A DNA stretch of 64,000 bases. It comes from the human T2T-CHM13v2.0 reference genome, Homo sapiens. The notes under the pieces are model-generated. The model searched no databases. It was not told where the DNA came from and was given only the letters and a program-made list of their open reading frames with translations. This document shows, piece after piece, positions 39,508-53,588 of the stretch (its first letter is position 1; each line of letters begins with the position of its first letter). Location of the stretch: the NCBI RefSeq assembly GCF_009914755.1, contig NC_060934.1; one strand, 5' to 3'. The translations under genes and the position numbers were made by a program.

Positions 39508-42103
39508 CTTTGCTCTTCAGTGGTTTAAAAAGCAAGAAAGAGGATTGCGGAGAGAAGTCAGGGCAAAGTGGACCCAGCCCAGCCATAGATTGTCAGCAAA
39601 CTGTGTGCCTTCTTCAGACTTTGATTTTCTTGGATGTTAAAATAGGAGGTGCAGGGTCAGCCTGAAGGACACTAAATGTCCCTCTAGCTGTGCCATGCCC
39701 CGACTTATAAATACTCTCCACTGTCCCAGACTGTCACGTACCCCCAACCCAGAGCCATGTGTGTGTGTTCTTGGATATCTGCCCCTTCCTAGACCCCTGC
39801 ATTAAGCTAGGATTTCCTGAAGTTTTCATACAAGTTCCTGGGGAGGGACTGCTGAGTTTTCCAGCCAACATAAGCCTGGATCTTAGAGAATAAGGTGGGT
39901 ACTAAGACCAACTTCTCACATCCCTCTTCCCCTCATGGACCCAGAGGAACTAGTGAGGCCTTGGCTACAGTCCAACAGTAGCCATGCAGAAAAGCCTGTT
40001 GCTCAGCCCAGGGATATCAGGGTGTGCCATTGCTGGGCCCAGCAGCACCATAACTCCCCATCATGAGCACACAGGGGGATGGGGGGTGCGGGCAAAGCTC
40101 ATGGAGAATGCTGCCTTTTCCATCTCCTGCCCATTCTCTCATCCTTCACACTGGACTTCAACTCCTCTGCACAGAAACTTGATAAATGGCCGTGACTGCC
40201 TCAGTGCAGGGAAGCAGAATGTCAATGTGATGTGATGGGGATTCTGGCTTCTGCATGCTTGGCTTAGAAGTCCAGCTCTACTCTACTCACAATCTTCTTA
40301 AATTCCCAGTGCTTGTGTTTTCTTATTTGTGAAAACAGACACCCTTACAGAGCTATGAGGGGGCGTAAATTATCTAATACTATAAAGCACTTATAACAGT
40401 GCCTGGTACATAGTAATAGCTTGATTAATGTTAGTTATTAAAAATTGCTACACATATTGTTTCTAATCCTCAATAACAAGGTCCACAGCATTACCCTATC
40501 ATAGCGAGACTGAGGCTCAGAAGTGAGGAAGGTCTGCAGCCAGGAAGAGGACGCAACTCTGTTCTGTTTGGTTCTGGGACCCCCTTTTCTTTTTAAAGGC
40601 CTCCTGTGCCTCCTGCTTGCTGATTTTTTTTTTTGGACCAAGATTTCCAAACCAGGCAGAAGTATGCCCTTGGGAGACACAAACTTGCATTGCCTCTGTT
40701 CCCTGCAGGGATGGGCAGGGAGAGGTGCTCTACAGTTTCTGTACTTCATCACCTGTACCTTTTATTAGAACCCAAGTTGATATAGCACATGAATATTGAG
40801 CAATCAGGCTGTGTGGGAATATAGTTGTATGTTTTCCTCACCCAGTGTCAAAGGGAAATGTGTACAAGCCTGTCTCACACCTACTGAAAATCCCACTGTC
40901 ACCACTCATAGCTGAAGGGTCAGAGGGTCCTACCCTGCGAAAGGCCTGATGGATCACAGCCGCCTGGGATAGATGGTGGTCTCCACAGTAAACCAATGAC
41001 AGTTCTTAGCTCTTGGCAGCATTGATGTTCATTTACACAGGCCTTGTAAGCTGACCCTAGTCTTTAAAAATAGTGGACTCCCCATTTTCGGGCATAATTG
41101 GCTGGTTTCCAGAGCCAGCACCATGTTCACCAATACTGAACTGTCTATATCATTCAGCTCTGAGAAACCAGATAGGATAAAACAGCTTAAAAAACAAAGT
41201 GGAGTCCAAGTCCAGTTAAGATTTTGTATGCTCACTTGGTCCCACCAAACTCCTGAAAGCAAGTAAAGCCTTGGGCAGAATGCACAGAGAAGCACTCTGG
41301 GGACTCTGAGATAAGTGATATCAGGCAGATTGGAGAAGAAATCCATAACTCAAAGTAAAGACCAATCTGGCCACAAGTTTCCTGAACTCCTTTTTCTCCC
41401 CTCAACCGTTTCTCTTGGCTTGGACTCAAGGGCAGCCCAGAACACAAAACTTTGCACCAGATGAGGACAGAAAGATTTCTGATTTCCAACAAGAGCCTCT
41501 CTTTCTGGTCCAAGGAACAGGAAATGGATTTTTAAGGGTCAGAGACAGTAAGGGAAATCTGTTTGGTGTTCTGTTTTTTGTTTGTTTGTTTGTTTGCTTG
41601 CTTGCTTCTCTCCTGTCTCATCCCAGGCCACCCTGTATCCCTGGAGTCATCCAGGCAGGCATCTAGAAGCTGGAAGAAGAGAACCATTGTCTTTGACCAA
41701 ACTGTGGTCCTCAGAGCTGGGGGGTTGCTTTGTTTTCTCTACCCTACTGCCACTTGGCTCTAGAGGCAGAAACAGTTGCAAGAAGTGTGCAACAGATTTA
41801 GAAAACAAAATCCAGCCAGAAGACCAAAAAGTCGGGGGAGAAGAGATGCTCCTGGGAGCCACAGAGTTCAGAGAGATTGCAACAAGGAAGAAATTCAGGA
41901 AAAGTGATTCTGAAAGTTGTATAGCAACTCTGAACTCTCCTGAGCTGCCTCTGTTTAAAGGCAGAGGTGATTTCTTCATTGTGTGATCAAAGAGTATACT
42001 TACACAAACCTAAATGGAATAACCTACTACAGACCCCTAGGTGCTTTTTAAAAGTAAAAAGTCCTGCTTTAAAAATATGTGTGTGTGTGTGTGTGTGTGT
42101 GTA

Positions 42104-42445
42104 CAACCATGTGCTGCATAATGATGTTTTGGTCAATGACAGATTGCATATATGACAGTTGTCCCATAAGATTGTGATACTATAATTTTACTTTACCTCT
42201 TCCAGGTTTAGATACACAAATACTTACCCTTGTGTTACAATTGCCTATAGTGTTTAGTACAGTAACATGCTGTACAGGTCTGTAGCCTGGAAGCAATAGA
42301 CTAGATCATGTAGTCTACCTAGGTCTATAGTAGGCTATACCATCTAGGTTTGTGTAAGTGCACTCTTTGATGTTCACATAATGATGAAATTGCCTAAGGA
42401 TGTATTTCTCAGAAAGTATTCACATCATGAAGTGACATGTGCCTC
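42104..42445. mobile_element. Tigger3a/MER7A-like DNA transposon, next to (TG)n at 42078-42101
   Basis: TA-flanked; gtcccataagatt, cagtaacatgctgtacagg, ggtttgtgtaagtgcactct. Confidence 0.75.
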
Positions 42446-43880
42446 TATCTCTATCTCTGCTGATACCTATACTTACACCTGTATCTCAGAAAGTGTGGAA
42501 AAACAGTTGTGGTGCAGAAAAACATTTGAAGGAAAAATGGCTGAAAACTTCCAACAGTGATGAAAAAGATAAAAATTACAAACACAGGAAGGAAGCTCAG
42601 CGAACTCCAAACAAGATAAATAAAGAAATTCACACTCAGACACATAATCAAACTGCTCCAAATTAAAGAAAAAACATGAAAGCTGCCGGAGAACAATGAC
42701 GTATCACCCACAGGGGAACAGCAATAGGAATGACTGCAGGTTTCTCATCAGAAACCACAGGGGCCAGAGGTGCTGGAAACATCATTTTTAAAGTGCTGAA
42801 AGAAAAGAACTATCAACCCAGACTGTGACAGTATCCTTTATAAATGAAGGCAAAATAAAGACATTATCAGATGAGTGAAAAATAAGTTTTTGCCACTAAC
42901 TAAGCTGCTGTAAAAGAAATGTCCAAGGAAGTTCTTCAGGTGAAAGGGAAACTATACTAGAGAGGAACTCCAAACTTTGGGGATAAAGGAAGTGCAATGG
43001 AAATGCTAAATATCTGAGTAAATGTGGAGTATTTTTCTCTTCTAAATACCCTTAAAATATGTATGTGATCGAAAGAAAACTAACACTGTGTGATGGAGTT
43101 GTCAAAGTATGTAGATGTTATACATAAGACAACTACTACATAACGGGGAAGTTAGCAAGACCTATATGGTGGTAAGGGTTTTACACTGCTTTTGAAGTGG
43201 TGAAAGGTTAATTTTAAGCAGACAGTAAAGTATGTGTATTTTAATCCTCAGAGCAATCACTAAGGCAATATATAAAAAGATATAGTAAATAGTAAAAAAC
43301 TAAATATATAAATGAGAATAAAACAGTTTAAAAATTCAAATAATACAAAGAAGGCAGGAAAAGGGAACAGAAGGAGCAAACAGACAACAACTATTAAAAT
43401 GATAGACTGAAACTCAAACATAGCAATACTTACATTAAGTGAAAGTGACCTACATGCTCCAATTAAAAGACACAATTATCAGGATAGATTACAAAAGAAA
43501 AAGACCCAATTGTATGTTGTCTATAAAGAAAGTATACTTTAAATAAGCAACAGTGAGTTGAACTAAAAGAATGTAAAAAGACATACCATGCAAACACTAA
43601 AGGAAGGATGTAGTGACTTTATTAATGTCAGATAAAGCATATTTCAGAACAAGAAAATTTACATGAAGTAAGACCATTACTTATTAATAAAATGATCATT
43701 TAACCAATAGGACAAAAAAATCCTAAATGTGTATGTACCTAACAGCAGAGCTTCAATTTAAATGAAGCAAAAACATAAAATTGAAAGGAAAAATGGATAA
43801 ATTTACCATTAGAATTGGAGACATCAATACTTGTCTCTCAGCAGTCAATAGAACAGGTAGAGAGAAAATCAGCAAGGAAA

Positions 43881-44130
43881 AGGGTTTCTCAACCTTGGCT
43901 CTGTTGACATTTTAGACCAGGTAATTATTTGTTGTCAGCAGGGGTAGGATGGTGACAGGGCTTGGGGGAAGACCTGCCTTGTACATTGTAGAATGTTTAG
44001 CAGAGTAAGGCCAGAAGATTCTACCCACTGGTTGCCAATAGCTGTCCACTAGTTGTAACAATCAATAATGTCTCTTGACATTGCCAAATGTCCACTGAGG
44101 AGCAAAATTGCCTGGAGATGAGAACTGCTA
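43881..44130 (-). mobile_element. MER20 inside the L1M
   Basis: gggtttctcaaccttggc...gacattgccaaatgtcc...gcaaaattgcc...tgagaac. Confidence 0.8.
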
Positions 44131-44657
44131 GTATAGAATAACTCACTATTATCACTGACCAACTGAATCTGACATGTATAAAGCACTCTACCTAGCAATT
44201 GCAGAATACAAACTCTTTTCAAGTACATATGGAATATCCACTAACACAGACTATATTTTGGGTCATGAAACAAGCCTTAACAAATTTAAAGGGGTTGAAA
44301 TTGTACAAAAAAGTACAAGCTGGTTCTTTGAAAAGATTAATGAAACAGATAGCCAGACTGACAATTTAAAAAAAAAAGAAAGAGAAGCCAAATTACACAT
44401 ATCAGGAGTTAAAGGGAGGATTTACTAAATCCCACAGGCATTAAAGGGATAATAAGAGAACAGTACAAACAACTCTAAAAAAAAGAGGAACTTAGATAAG
44501 ATCAACTAAAAACTACTAAATATTTGCGAAGGAATGAAAACCCAAATAGACCTGTATTTATTGAAGAAATGGAATTCACGGTTGAAACCCTTTCAAAAAA
44601 GAAAACCCAAAGCCCAGTAGTCTTATTGTTAAATTCTATCAAACATTTAAAGAAGAC

Positions 44658-45025
44658 TGTCTTGGTCCACTCAGGCTACTATAACAAAGTACCATAGACT
44701 AGTTGGCTTGTAAGCAACATAAATTTATCTCTCACTGTTCCAGAGGCTGGGAAGTCCAAATCAAGTCACTGGCAGATTTGCCATCTGGTAAGAGCATGCT
44801 ACCTGGTTCATAGATGTTTTCTTGCCGTGTCCTCACATGGTAGAAAGAGAGCAAAACAATTGTCTGGAGCCCCTTTTGGTAATGGCATAAATTCCATTTA
44901 TGAAGTCTCCACCCTCAAGAACTAATTTCCTCATGATCTAAATGCCTCACTTTCTGATACACTCACACTGGAGATCAGAGTTTCAATACAGATTTTTGGG
45001 GGACACAAACATTCAATCAATTGCA
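44658..45025 (-). mobile_element. MaLR solo LTR (MLT1A/MSTD-like) inside the L1M
   Basis: TG...CA termini with a perfect 5-bp TSD AAGAC at 44653-44657 and 45026-45030. Confidence 0.85.
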
Positions 45026-45452
45026 AAGACATACTAGCAATTTGATATGATCTCTTTCAAAAAAAATAGAATAGAGAGTGATTCTCAACTTATTTTCTGA
45101 TGTCAGCATTACCCTGATGCTAAAATCACACAAAGACATATAAGAAAGAGATCTTCAGACCAATATTCTTCATGAACATAGTTACAAAAATCCTCAACAT
45201 AGTATTAGCAAATTGAATCCAGTAACAAGTAAAAAGAATATAAATGACAGCCCAAACTTACTCAATACTTGGGAATCAGTTAATGTAACATACCATATTA
45301 ACAGACTAAAAAGAAAAAAAAAGATCTTATAATTGATGCAGAAAAGACATTTGACAATGTAACATCTGCTAGTGATTAAAAACTCTCAGCAAACTGGTAA
45401 TAGAAAGGCCCTTCCTTATCTGGCTAAAGGACGTCCACAAAAAAGCTAGAGC

Positions 45453-45729
45453 GGACAAAAAACCAAATACCACATGTTCTCACTCATAGGTGGGAATTGA
45501 ACAATGAGAACACATGGACACAGGAAGGGAAGCATCACACACCGGGGCCTGTTGTGGGGTGGGGGGAAGGGGGAGGGATAGCATTAGGAGATATACCTAA
45601 TGTTAAATGACGAATTAATGGGTGCAGCACACCAACATGGCACATGTATACATATGTAACTAACCTGCACGTTGTGCACATATACCCTAAAACTTAAAGT
45701 ATAATTTAAAACAATTGAAAAAAAAGAAA
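45453..45729 (+). mobile_element. 5'-truncated L1PA (L1PA3/4-like) 3' end inside the L1M
   Basis: catgttctcactcataggtgggaattgaacaatgag...ctaaaacttaaagtataat plus A tail. TSD AAAAAAGCTAGAGC at 45439-45452 and 45730-45743. Confidence 0.92.
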
Positions 45730-47287
45730 AAAAAAGCTAGAGCTAGTATCATACTTCGTGAAGGACAGAAGGTTCTTCTCTGAAGTTTGGGAATAAGACA
45801 AGAGAGCACACTTTCACTATGTCTGTTCAGTATTACTTTGGAAATTCTAACCAGTGCAATAATGCAAAAAATAAAGGCATACAGACAGAAAAGAATGAAA
45901 TAAAACTGTTCTTATGCACAGATGTCATGACTGTCCACATAGAGAATCCCACAGAATTTTAAAAAGATTCTTGGAACTAATAAGTGAGTTTAGCAAGGCC
46001 ATAGGATACAAGGTTAGCACACAAAACACCCATTGCATTTCCATATTACTAGCTATTAACAATTGGAAACTGAATTATGAAAAATAATAATGCTCCAAAT
46101 AATAAAATACTTCTATATTTCACATAAATAACCAAAATATGCAGGATTTTTATAATGAAAATTATAAAATGCTGATGTAAGAAAGCAAAGAAGATCTAAA
46201 TAAATGGAGAAACATACCATGTTCGTGAATTGGATGACTTAATGTCAACTCTCCCCAAATTGGTCTAATCAAAATTACAGGAGGATTATTTACATATATG
46301 GATGAATAGATTTTAAAACTTATATGAAAGGAAAAGAAACTAGGAATGGAAAATAATTTTGAAAAAGAATAATAGAGTTGGAGGATTATGTGTCCCAATT
46401 TTAAAATTTACCATATAGTTACAGCATGTGGTATTATTGGTGATGGGACAGGTAGATAGGTCAATGGAACAGAAAATAGAGTCCAGAAATAGATCTACAC
46501 AAACATGGCCAAATGGTCAATTGATTTTTGAAAAAAGGTCAAAGGATGTTCAATGGAGAGAAAATGAACTCTTTAACAAACGATGTTGAAATTGGTTATT
46601 TATATGCAAAAATTAAACCTTGGCCTAATTAACACACATTGACTCAAAATGGATCATAGATTTGAATGTAAAATGTAAGACTATAAAACTTTGAAAAGAA
46701 AATGAAGGAGAAAATCTTCATGACTTTGAATCAGGCAAAAGCACAATTTACAAAAGATAGTATTAATAAGTTGAACACAATTAAAAGCTCTGTGGAAAAA
46801 AAAACGTTGAGCATGAAAAGACAAGCTACAGACTGGAAGAAAATAGTGCAAATCATATATATCATAGATATCTGGTATCCAAAATCTATAAAGATCTTTT
46901 CAACTCAACAGTAAGAAAGCAAACAATACAATTTTTTTTAATGTCCAGAATATTTAAAGATACATTTCAAGATAGAAATGTACAGACACAAAAATCGATA
47001 GTGCAAAGTTTTGGCAAGGAGATGCTGCAACTAGAGTTCTCATTCCTTGCTGATGGGAATGCAAAATGGTATAGTCTCTTGGAAGACACTTCGGAAATTT
47101 CTTATAAAATTAACCATATAGTTATTATATCATCTGGCATTTTCCCAACTAAGTATTTACCCTAGAAAAGTAAAATTCCATGTTCATACTGAAACCTGTT
47201 CACAGGTATTTATAGCTGCTCTATTCATAATTGCCCCAAACAGAAAAATAATAAATGTCCTTCAATGGGTGGATTCCTAATACTGTA

Positions 47288-47884
47288 CAGTAGTCCCCCT
47301 TATCTGCTATTTCCATTTCCACATTTTTAGTTCCCCAGATTGGAAATATTAAATGGAAAACCCCAGAAATAAGAAATTCATACATTTTGAATTGCTCACT
47401 GTTCTGAGTAGTATGAGGAAATCTCAGGCCATCCTGCTACATCCCACCCAGACCTTGAATCATCCCTTTTTCCAGTGGATTCACTCTGTAAATGCTAGCT
47501 GCCTGTTCGTCACTTAGTAGCTGTCCTAGTAGTGAGTAGTGATGCTGGTAGTTCAGATATGCCAAAGAGAGAGATGCCTTAAAGTGCTTCCTTTAAGTGA
47601 AAAGGTGAAAGTTCTTGACTTGGGGAAAAAAACAAATCATATGCTGAGGTTGCTAACATCTACAGCAAGAATGAATCTTCTATCTGTGAAGTTGAGAACA
47701 GTAAATTGTTGAAATTGTTCTATTTTATGATGAATTGTTGTTCATCTCTTACGGTGCCTAACTCATAAATTAAACTTTATCATAGGCATGTTTTCCTATA
47801 GGAAAAACATAGTGTACTATAGTGGTTTCAGGTATTCAATGGGGGTCTTAGAACATATCACCTGTGGGTAAGCGAGGACTGTGG
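47288..47884. mobile_element. MER44/Tigger7-derived element inside the L1M
   Basis: ta|cagtagtcccccttatc...aaatattaaatggaaaa...ggggtcttagaac. Confidence 0.75.
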
Positions 47885-48603
47885 TAATGGAATACTACTA
47901 AACACAAAGTCTACGGATACATGCGACAACTTGGATGAACCCTAAAGCATTTTGCCTAATAAAAAAATGTCTCAAACGTCTACATGAATGGAATGATTCC
48001 ATTTATGTCACCTTCTGAAAAAGCCATAACTTTAGGTGCAGAACAAATCTATGGTTGCAGGGATTAGGGGTTGGGGAAAGGCTTGACTAGAAGGGAGAGT
48101 CACAAGTGAGTTTTCTGGGTTGGTGTCACTGCCTGCACCCTGACAGTGATGGTGGTTACATGAATCTGTACATCTGTTGAAGCTTAGAGAACTGTGCCCA
48201 AAAAGGCAATTTTACTGCAGAAACATTTTTAAAAAATCGTTTTTAAAAAAACTTTACAAAATAGTTGGGACTCCATATTCTACTTCTGTTCCTCTCACTG
48301 TGTCTGCTGGCTTGTCCCACGTTGGAAGTCTGTGATTTTGTTAAGCCCCCACACAACCAGTTCTGCCCCTGAAAGGGCATCCAAATAGGTAGCATCTGGG
48401 CACCACTGTGGTCCAATGTGTATGTCTCCCTGGTGTATGCACTGGGGGGATGTTGTGTACCACAGGGAACAGATGTTCGCAAGCTGGCATGTCAGAAAAA
48501 CTGTCTACTGTGCTTGAGTTGAAATCTTCATTAAAAAGAGATGAATTGAGATCAAGGAAGTCTATGCACTCATCTGATGTTTATCAATGGCTTCTCCCCA
48601 TGG

Positions 48604-48743
48604 TAGATTTGCCAGATTTAGCAAATAAAATTGCAAAATCCCCAGTAAAATTTGAGCTTCAGGTAAACAACAAATAGTTTTTAGTATATATATATATATA
48701 TGTCCCAAATACCGCATAGTCCTGTATTTTATTTGGCAACCCT
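48604..48743. mobile_element. MER53-like hAT element
   Basis: ttgccagatttagcaaataaaa...gtattttatttggcaaccct with inverted ends. Confidence 0.75.
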
Positions 48744-51700
48744 ATCCCATGGGCCTAAACAATCAGTAAATTTTCATTTATCTATGGTCATTATTAGTGC
48801 TTACTCATGCATTCGTTCATTTGTTCATTCACTGTATGAGCATATTGAGTGCCTACCATTTATCAACCCTCTGAGCAACACAGATAAACAGTAAACAGGC
48901 CCAGTCCTCAAGTTGAAATAGTTCAAATCTAGATTCTCACTGATTCTGGCCACCAGATTCCCCTGAACACCAAAAACCTGGGCTGCCTTTTGGTTTTCTT
49001 CTACTATCTAAGATAAAATTCAGCTCAGGGAGGCCAAACACACTGAGCATGGCTTAGAGAGAATCCTGGACAGGAAGGGGTGCTTCCAGCAAATGGGACA
49101 TCCAGCCAGTTGGGCCCAGCTGTGCCGGTTGCCCACAGCCCACCCACACTGTGAGAAGAAGCCCTCCCAGCTCTGATGAATGGTGATGAGGAAGCAGCAC
49201 GGAGCTGGCTACAGAGAACTCCTCCGTTAAGGAGCCTCTCTCCAAAGGGCCCTTTGGCTCCAAGCCTGCCCATTAATCACCTCAAGGTAAAGTGAGGGCT
49301 GGCTAGGATAATGTACTTCACCTCCCCAGGGAGTCTGGGTCCCTAGGCAGCCCCGGGGCCAGATGGGGCACAGTGAACTTCCACCCTTTCTGCGCTTCTC
49401 CCTGGGGTCACCCGACCTTGGCAGGGACCCTTCCTCTCAGTTATAGAAGGCAGAGTGTGTTGTGTGGCTCAGGGTCCATCCTGACCCCCTAAGCTGCCCA
49501 GTACCACTAGAAGCAGACCCAGTGCCAGAAGCCATGATCTTTTGATCATCTGTTTGAAACTGGCTAGATGGCCTATTATCAGTTCATAGAATTCTTGAAA
49601 TGTAAGAGTGGGATCAACCCACACAAGGGAAGCTGATAGTTATAGGGAGAAAGATGTAAGTAGATAAGCAGATAGATGGGCGAATAGACAGACGAATGGA
49701 TGTATTTATGTATGGTTGGATGGATAATAGATTTCATTTCACATGAACAGCTTAGCAGCTCAAATATAAGAGGTTTCTAAAGGTACTGTGTCTTTTTGTT
49801 CTTGTACAATTTTTTTTTATACTTTGGAAAAAGTGGCCCAGTTGGTTTGACTTTAATTTCTAATTAATTTTTTCTCTTTAGTCATTGTGAATCAAACAGC
49901 ATGGTGGGATACCCCATGGATATCTAAATTAAAAAAGTAATGGCAACCAATATATTAATGTCATCCAAATATTTGCAAGCATTTCCAGTTGTAAGACCCT
50001 TGTCAATATGATACTAGAATTTGTCTGGTGCTTCACACTCATGTATCTTTGACTACAATTTTAAGCAGACTGACTTTGTTTCTATATTTCTGACATCCCT
50101 AAATAGCTTGCTAACACAATCTTACAATAATAATTTCATTCTTTCAACTGATCCATTGAGATACAGGATAGACACATGGAACTGAAACCCCCATAGACAC
50201 TGCCATTTCACAGCCAGTATTTGGGACTAGCTTTGTAGGCAGTTTCATGTCATGTGGATGAGAAATATCTTTTACTTGTCGGTCATCTCTTAAAAGGAAA
50301 TGATGCAAACTTCCCTCAACAACTCACTCATTCAAAGGTAACTGCATTTGTTCTCTCTCCCGACCCTCATATTTACTGGGTGTGTAACAGGCCAGCTCAC
50401 CTAACTGTGACCTCCCGAGTGGCTTCAGATCACTCTGTGTCCTCTGCCCCTTCCCAGAATGGTCATGCTCCCTCTAAAGAGAGGCGGGGCTGTATCTTCA
50501 CAGATGAAGTCCATGGGAGGTGGAGACCTGCACTGTCATAGTGGGTCCTGTGTATGTAATGGGTGTGTTGGGAACCTCTGGGCAGGCCGCTGAAATCAGC
50601 ACTAACTTTTGACTCAGGCATAGCTTGGAGAATTACCCCTTGTCCAAAGATCATTCTGGGCCCGAAATTGTGTGCTGTGCTACTTGCTCTGCAGTGTTAC
50701 CTAGATTTAGGAATATAGATTCCTTGGGGGTATAAACATAAAGTGTTTTCATTTTCTCCACTAACTGCCCCAATGTGAGCACTGCTTCCCTGTGGGCAGA
50801 AGGACAGATTGCTAGAAAGGGACAGATTAGAGGTGCAGAGATGATGGTGCAGCTCACAGCAGTAGCTCCACCACACTCTGAGCAGAGCTGATGGAGGGAT
50901 GATGGCAGGAGAGATGCAGAAGCAGGGGTTGGAATCTTACAGGGACTCCACAGTTTGGGGGGATTTCTGACATCAATTTTGGAAATACTGCCAATGTCAA
51001 GAGCTCCTCTCTATCATTCACTCATGGTACCAAAGTAATTGCCTCAAACATGCTGCTGGGCCCTTCATGTATGTCTAATCTCCAGAGAAACTAAGCAAAA
51101 TATCTTATAGTAAAATATTTTTACTATAAGAGAATTGAGACTCAGAGAAGTTAAGTGACTTCCCCAAAGTCACACAGGCAGCAAAGAATACAGCCAAAGT
51201 CAAACCTCAATGTGTCTGATACGCAAGCTGGTGTACAATCTTTCTATACACTGTGCCACCTCTCTCTCTCCTCCCTCTGTTGCCTGTGCTCCCCCAGTGG
51301 CAAATGCCTCATCCTGGGGATACATTGCTGGCCCCCACTGCCTCCCGGGAGAGGAAGCCATCCTGGAATCCTATGACTCTCAGGCTGAAAGACACACCCA
51401 CTTCTGCACAGGAGTTTAAGGAAGGCCACTAGCCCCTCCATGGCCCCAGGCCCCAGGAAGGGTGTTCCTGTTTTGCTGGAATCTCTGACATTGGAACCAA
51501 GGATTGTCAGAGTCCCCAGAACTCTGGGTGATGAGACACTTGCTCCAGCCCATTTTAATTTGGCATGGATTGGCCTGGGAACTGCAATGTCACCCCCTAG
51601 AGAGTCTGCTAAATGAAGGATGGTGTGCACTCTGGCTGAAGCAGCCAGCCAACGCAACAGATTGAGGAGACAGAGAGGCAGCCTTAGCCAAAGTCCCTGC

Positions 51701-53537
51701 AGAGGTTCAGTAATGCAGATGTTCCACTGACCTTTTGGAGGAACTGACCACAGGCAAATAAGGTCCCTGAAGAAATCATTTCAGTGTGACCCATTGTCTG
51801 CTCACTCCACTGTCCAGGGGCCAATATGTAGGATGTTCATTTTCATAGATGTACCATATATATGTGGGTATATTTCTAAATATATACAAATAGTATGAAT
51901 GTTAATGATATTTTAATAGCATTAATGGAGTCATTTAACTGTAAGAGCTTGGTAATTGACAATGAAAGAGAGAAAGAGAAACAGTTTATGGGGCACACAT
52001 AATGCCACGAGCCAGTTCACTTCATAGGCATGTGTCCCCAAGTAGGTGGCAATGGAGGCAGGAACTCGTTGTTTCTCAGCTTCTCCAGTCCCTGCAGGCC
52101 CAACGCAGTGTGAACGCCTTGCCACATGGAGTGTGAGTCAAGAGTGTGAAGACACAGGATTTTCATGTAGCATTGCCCAGGGACATTGGCCAACTGCATT
52201 CTCTGGTTCTCACCAGAGAGGCAGTGACCTCTTTGCCCTGGAGAGCTGCAGGCTGCTGTAGTGCCCCTGTATCAGGGGCGGCTGTATGCAGACTGCCTGA
52301 GGTTTGATTTTTACCGTGTGAGCTCACTTGAAAGTCTAACCTCTCGTTAAGTACTTCTGCTGTTGCCAAACAGCAGCCGTCTCTATGTGCTGGTCAAATG
52401 ATGCCTCCCCCGAACCCTCCCCCCTGCTTCCACACACATCCTCAGACCCATGCTAAGAGGTACATCATGCCCGTGTCTTCATAAAGTGACCTCTCCTTTG
52501 CCATTTCAGTCATCCGCAACACTCTCCTTTGTGGTAGGAATATCCCTCCTATTGTGGGTGGTGGGGGGAGGGGAATATGTGTGAGAAGTTTGTCCAGGCT
52601 CACACAGCTGCCTTATTCCAGCACTTCTGTGGGATGCGTTCTTCCCATTACGTCAAAACTTCCACCCACATGCCTGTAAAGTAGCAAATGGAGTGTCTGT
52701 ATAAAAATTCTCAGGTTCACTTCATTTGGCAATTATCTGGTTAATTTGATCAACCAAGCTCTAAGTGTCTTACTGGGATATTATGCATTTATAGCTTTGT
52801 CTGCCCCTAGTATTATTTACTTCTCTATCCTTCGCACCAGCGTGGCTCTGCACATGTGCTGCCTGGAAAGCCGTTAGCTGTCAAACTGCCCTCTTTCCCC
52901 TAGCGGATAATAAGAATTCAACTTTTATTTGGAGCAAAAGTTCCCAAGAGGTCACACGGCCCAATAACAAAAGATTATGCTTTCTTATTGGTTTAATAGC
53001 ATCTATTTTGTAATTCTGGATGTACTCTGTTTTAATTGGATTTGTTAAAGGAACAAAAGGGAATAGGCACCTTACAATTAAAATAAAATATTAAGATGAT
53101 TAGTTTAACAGACTAGAAATGCCTTGTTCATCCACCGTATGTTCAAAACACACAAACCAACCTCAAGAGAAGCAAAAGTCAAAGAACCAAAGGCAGACCT
53201 GGCCCCTTTGAAGCCCATGAGGTGAGCAGTGATTCCATTTCACCCAATGTGTTTTAAGCGCTGCTATTGCCAGACAGGTGTTATTTTGTCTTCTCCTCAC
53301 AGCTCCTCTCCTCCCACAGATTAGGAAACTGGGTCTCAGAGAAGCGGCTTGGCAGGGAAATGTGCCAGGGCTTTGGCTGTAGTGGGTGTGCCCAGCCCCC
53401 TGTTTACCTTCCCCATGACCCTGGATGGTCTCCTGAACCCCACAAGCTTCAGCCTGAACTCCTGTAAAGAGGATGTAAAAGTGGCTGCTTCCCAAGGTCA
53501 GGGGAGGGCAATGCGTGGCCCTTGGAGGCTTTGGTTT

Positions 53538-53541
<4 letters not shown>

Positions 53542-53587
<46 letters not shown>
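53542..53587. repeat. (GT)23 perfect microsatellite
   Basis: Directly visible. Confidence 0.97.

Positions 53588-53588
<1 letters not shown>

Larger units (their letters stand above)
42480..48240 (+). mobile_element. Long degenerate L1M element (ORF1, ORF2 and 3' UTR remnants; may extend 5' to ~41100), with nested insertions
   Basis: A-rich strand with L1 motifs: gaagctcagcgaactccaaac, gtgctgaaagaaaagaactatcaaccca, gatgcagaaaagacatttgaca, ggtcaatggaacagaa, atggaatactact. No intact ORF. Confidence 0.85.

Noticed and set aside
42439-47165. Short ORFs with L1 ORF1/ORF2-like peptides
   Set aside because: Fragmented by stops, frameshifts and insertions; the element is inactive.
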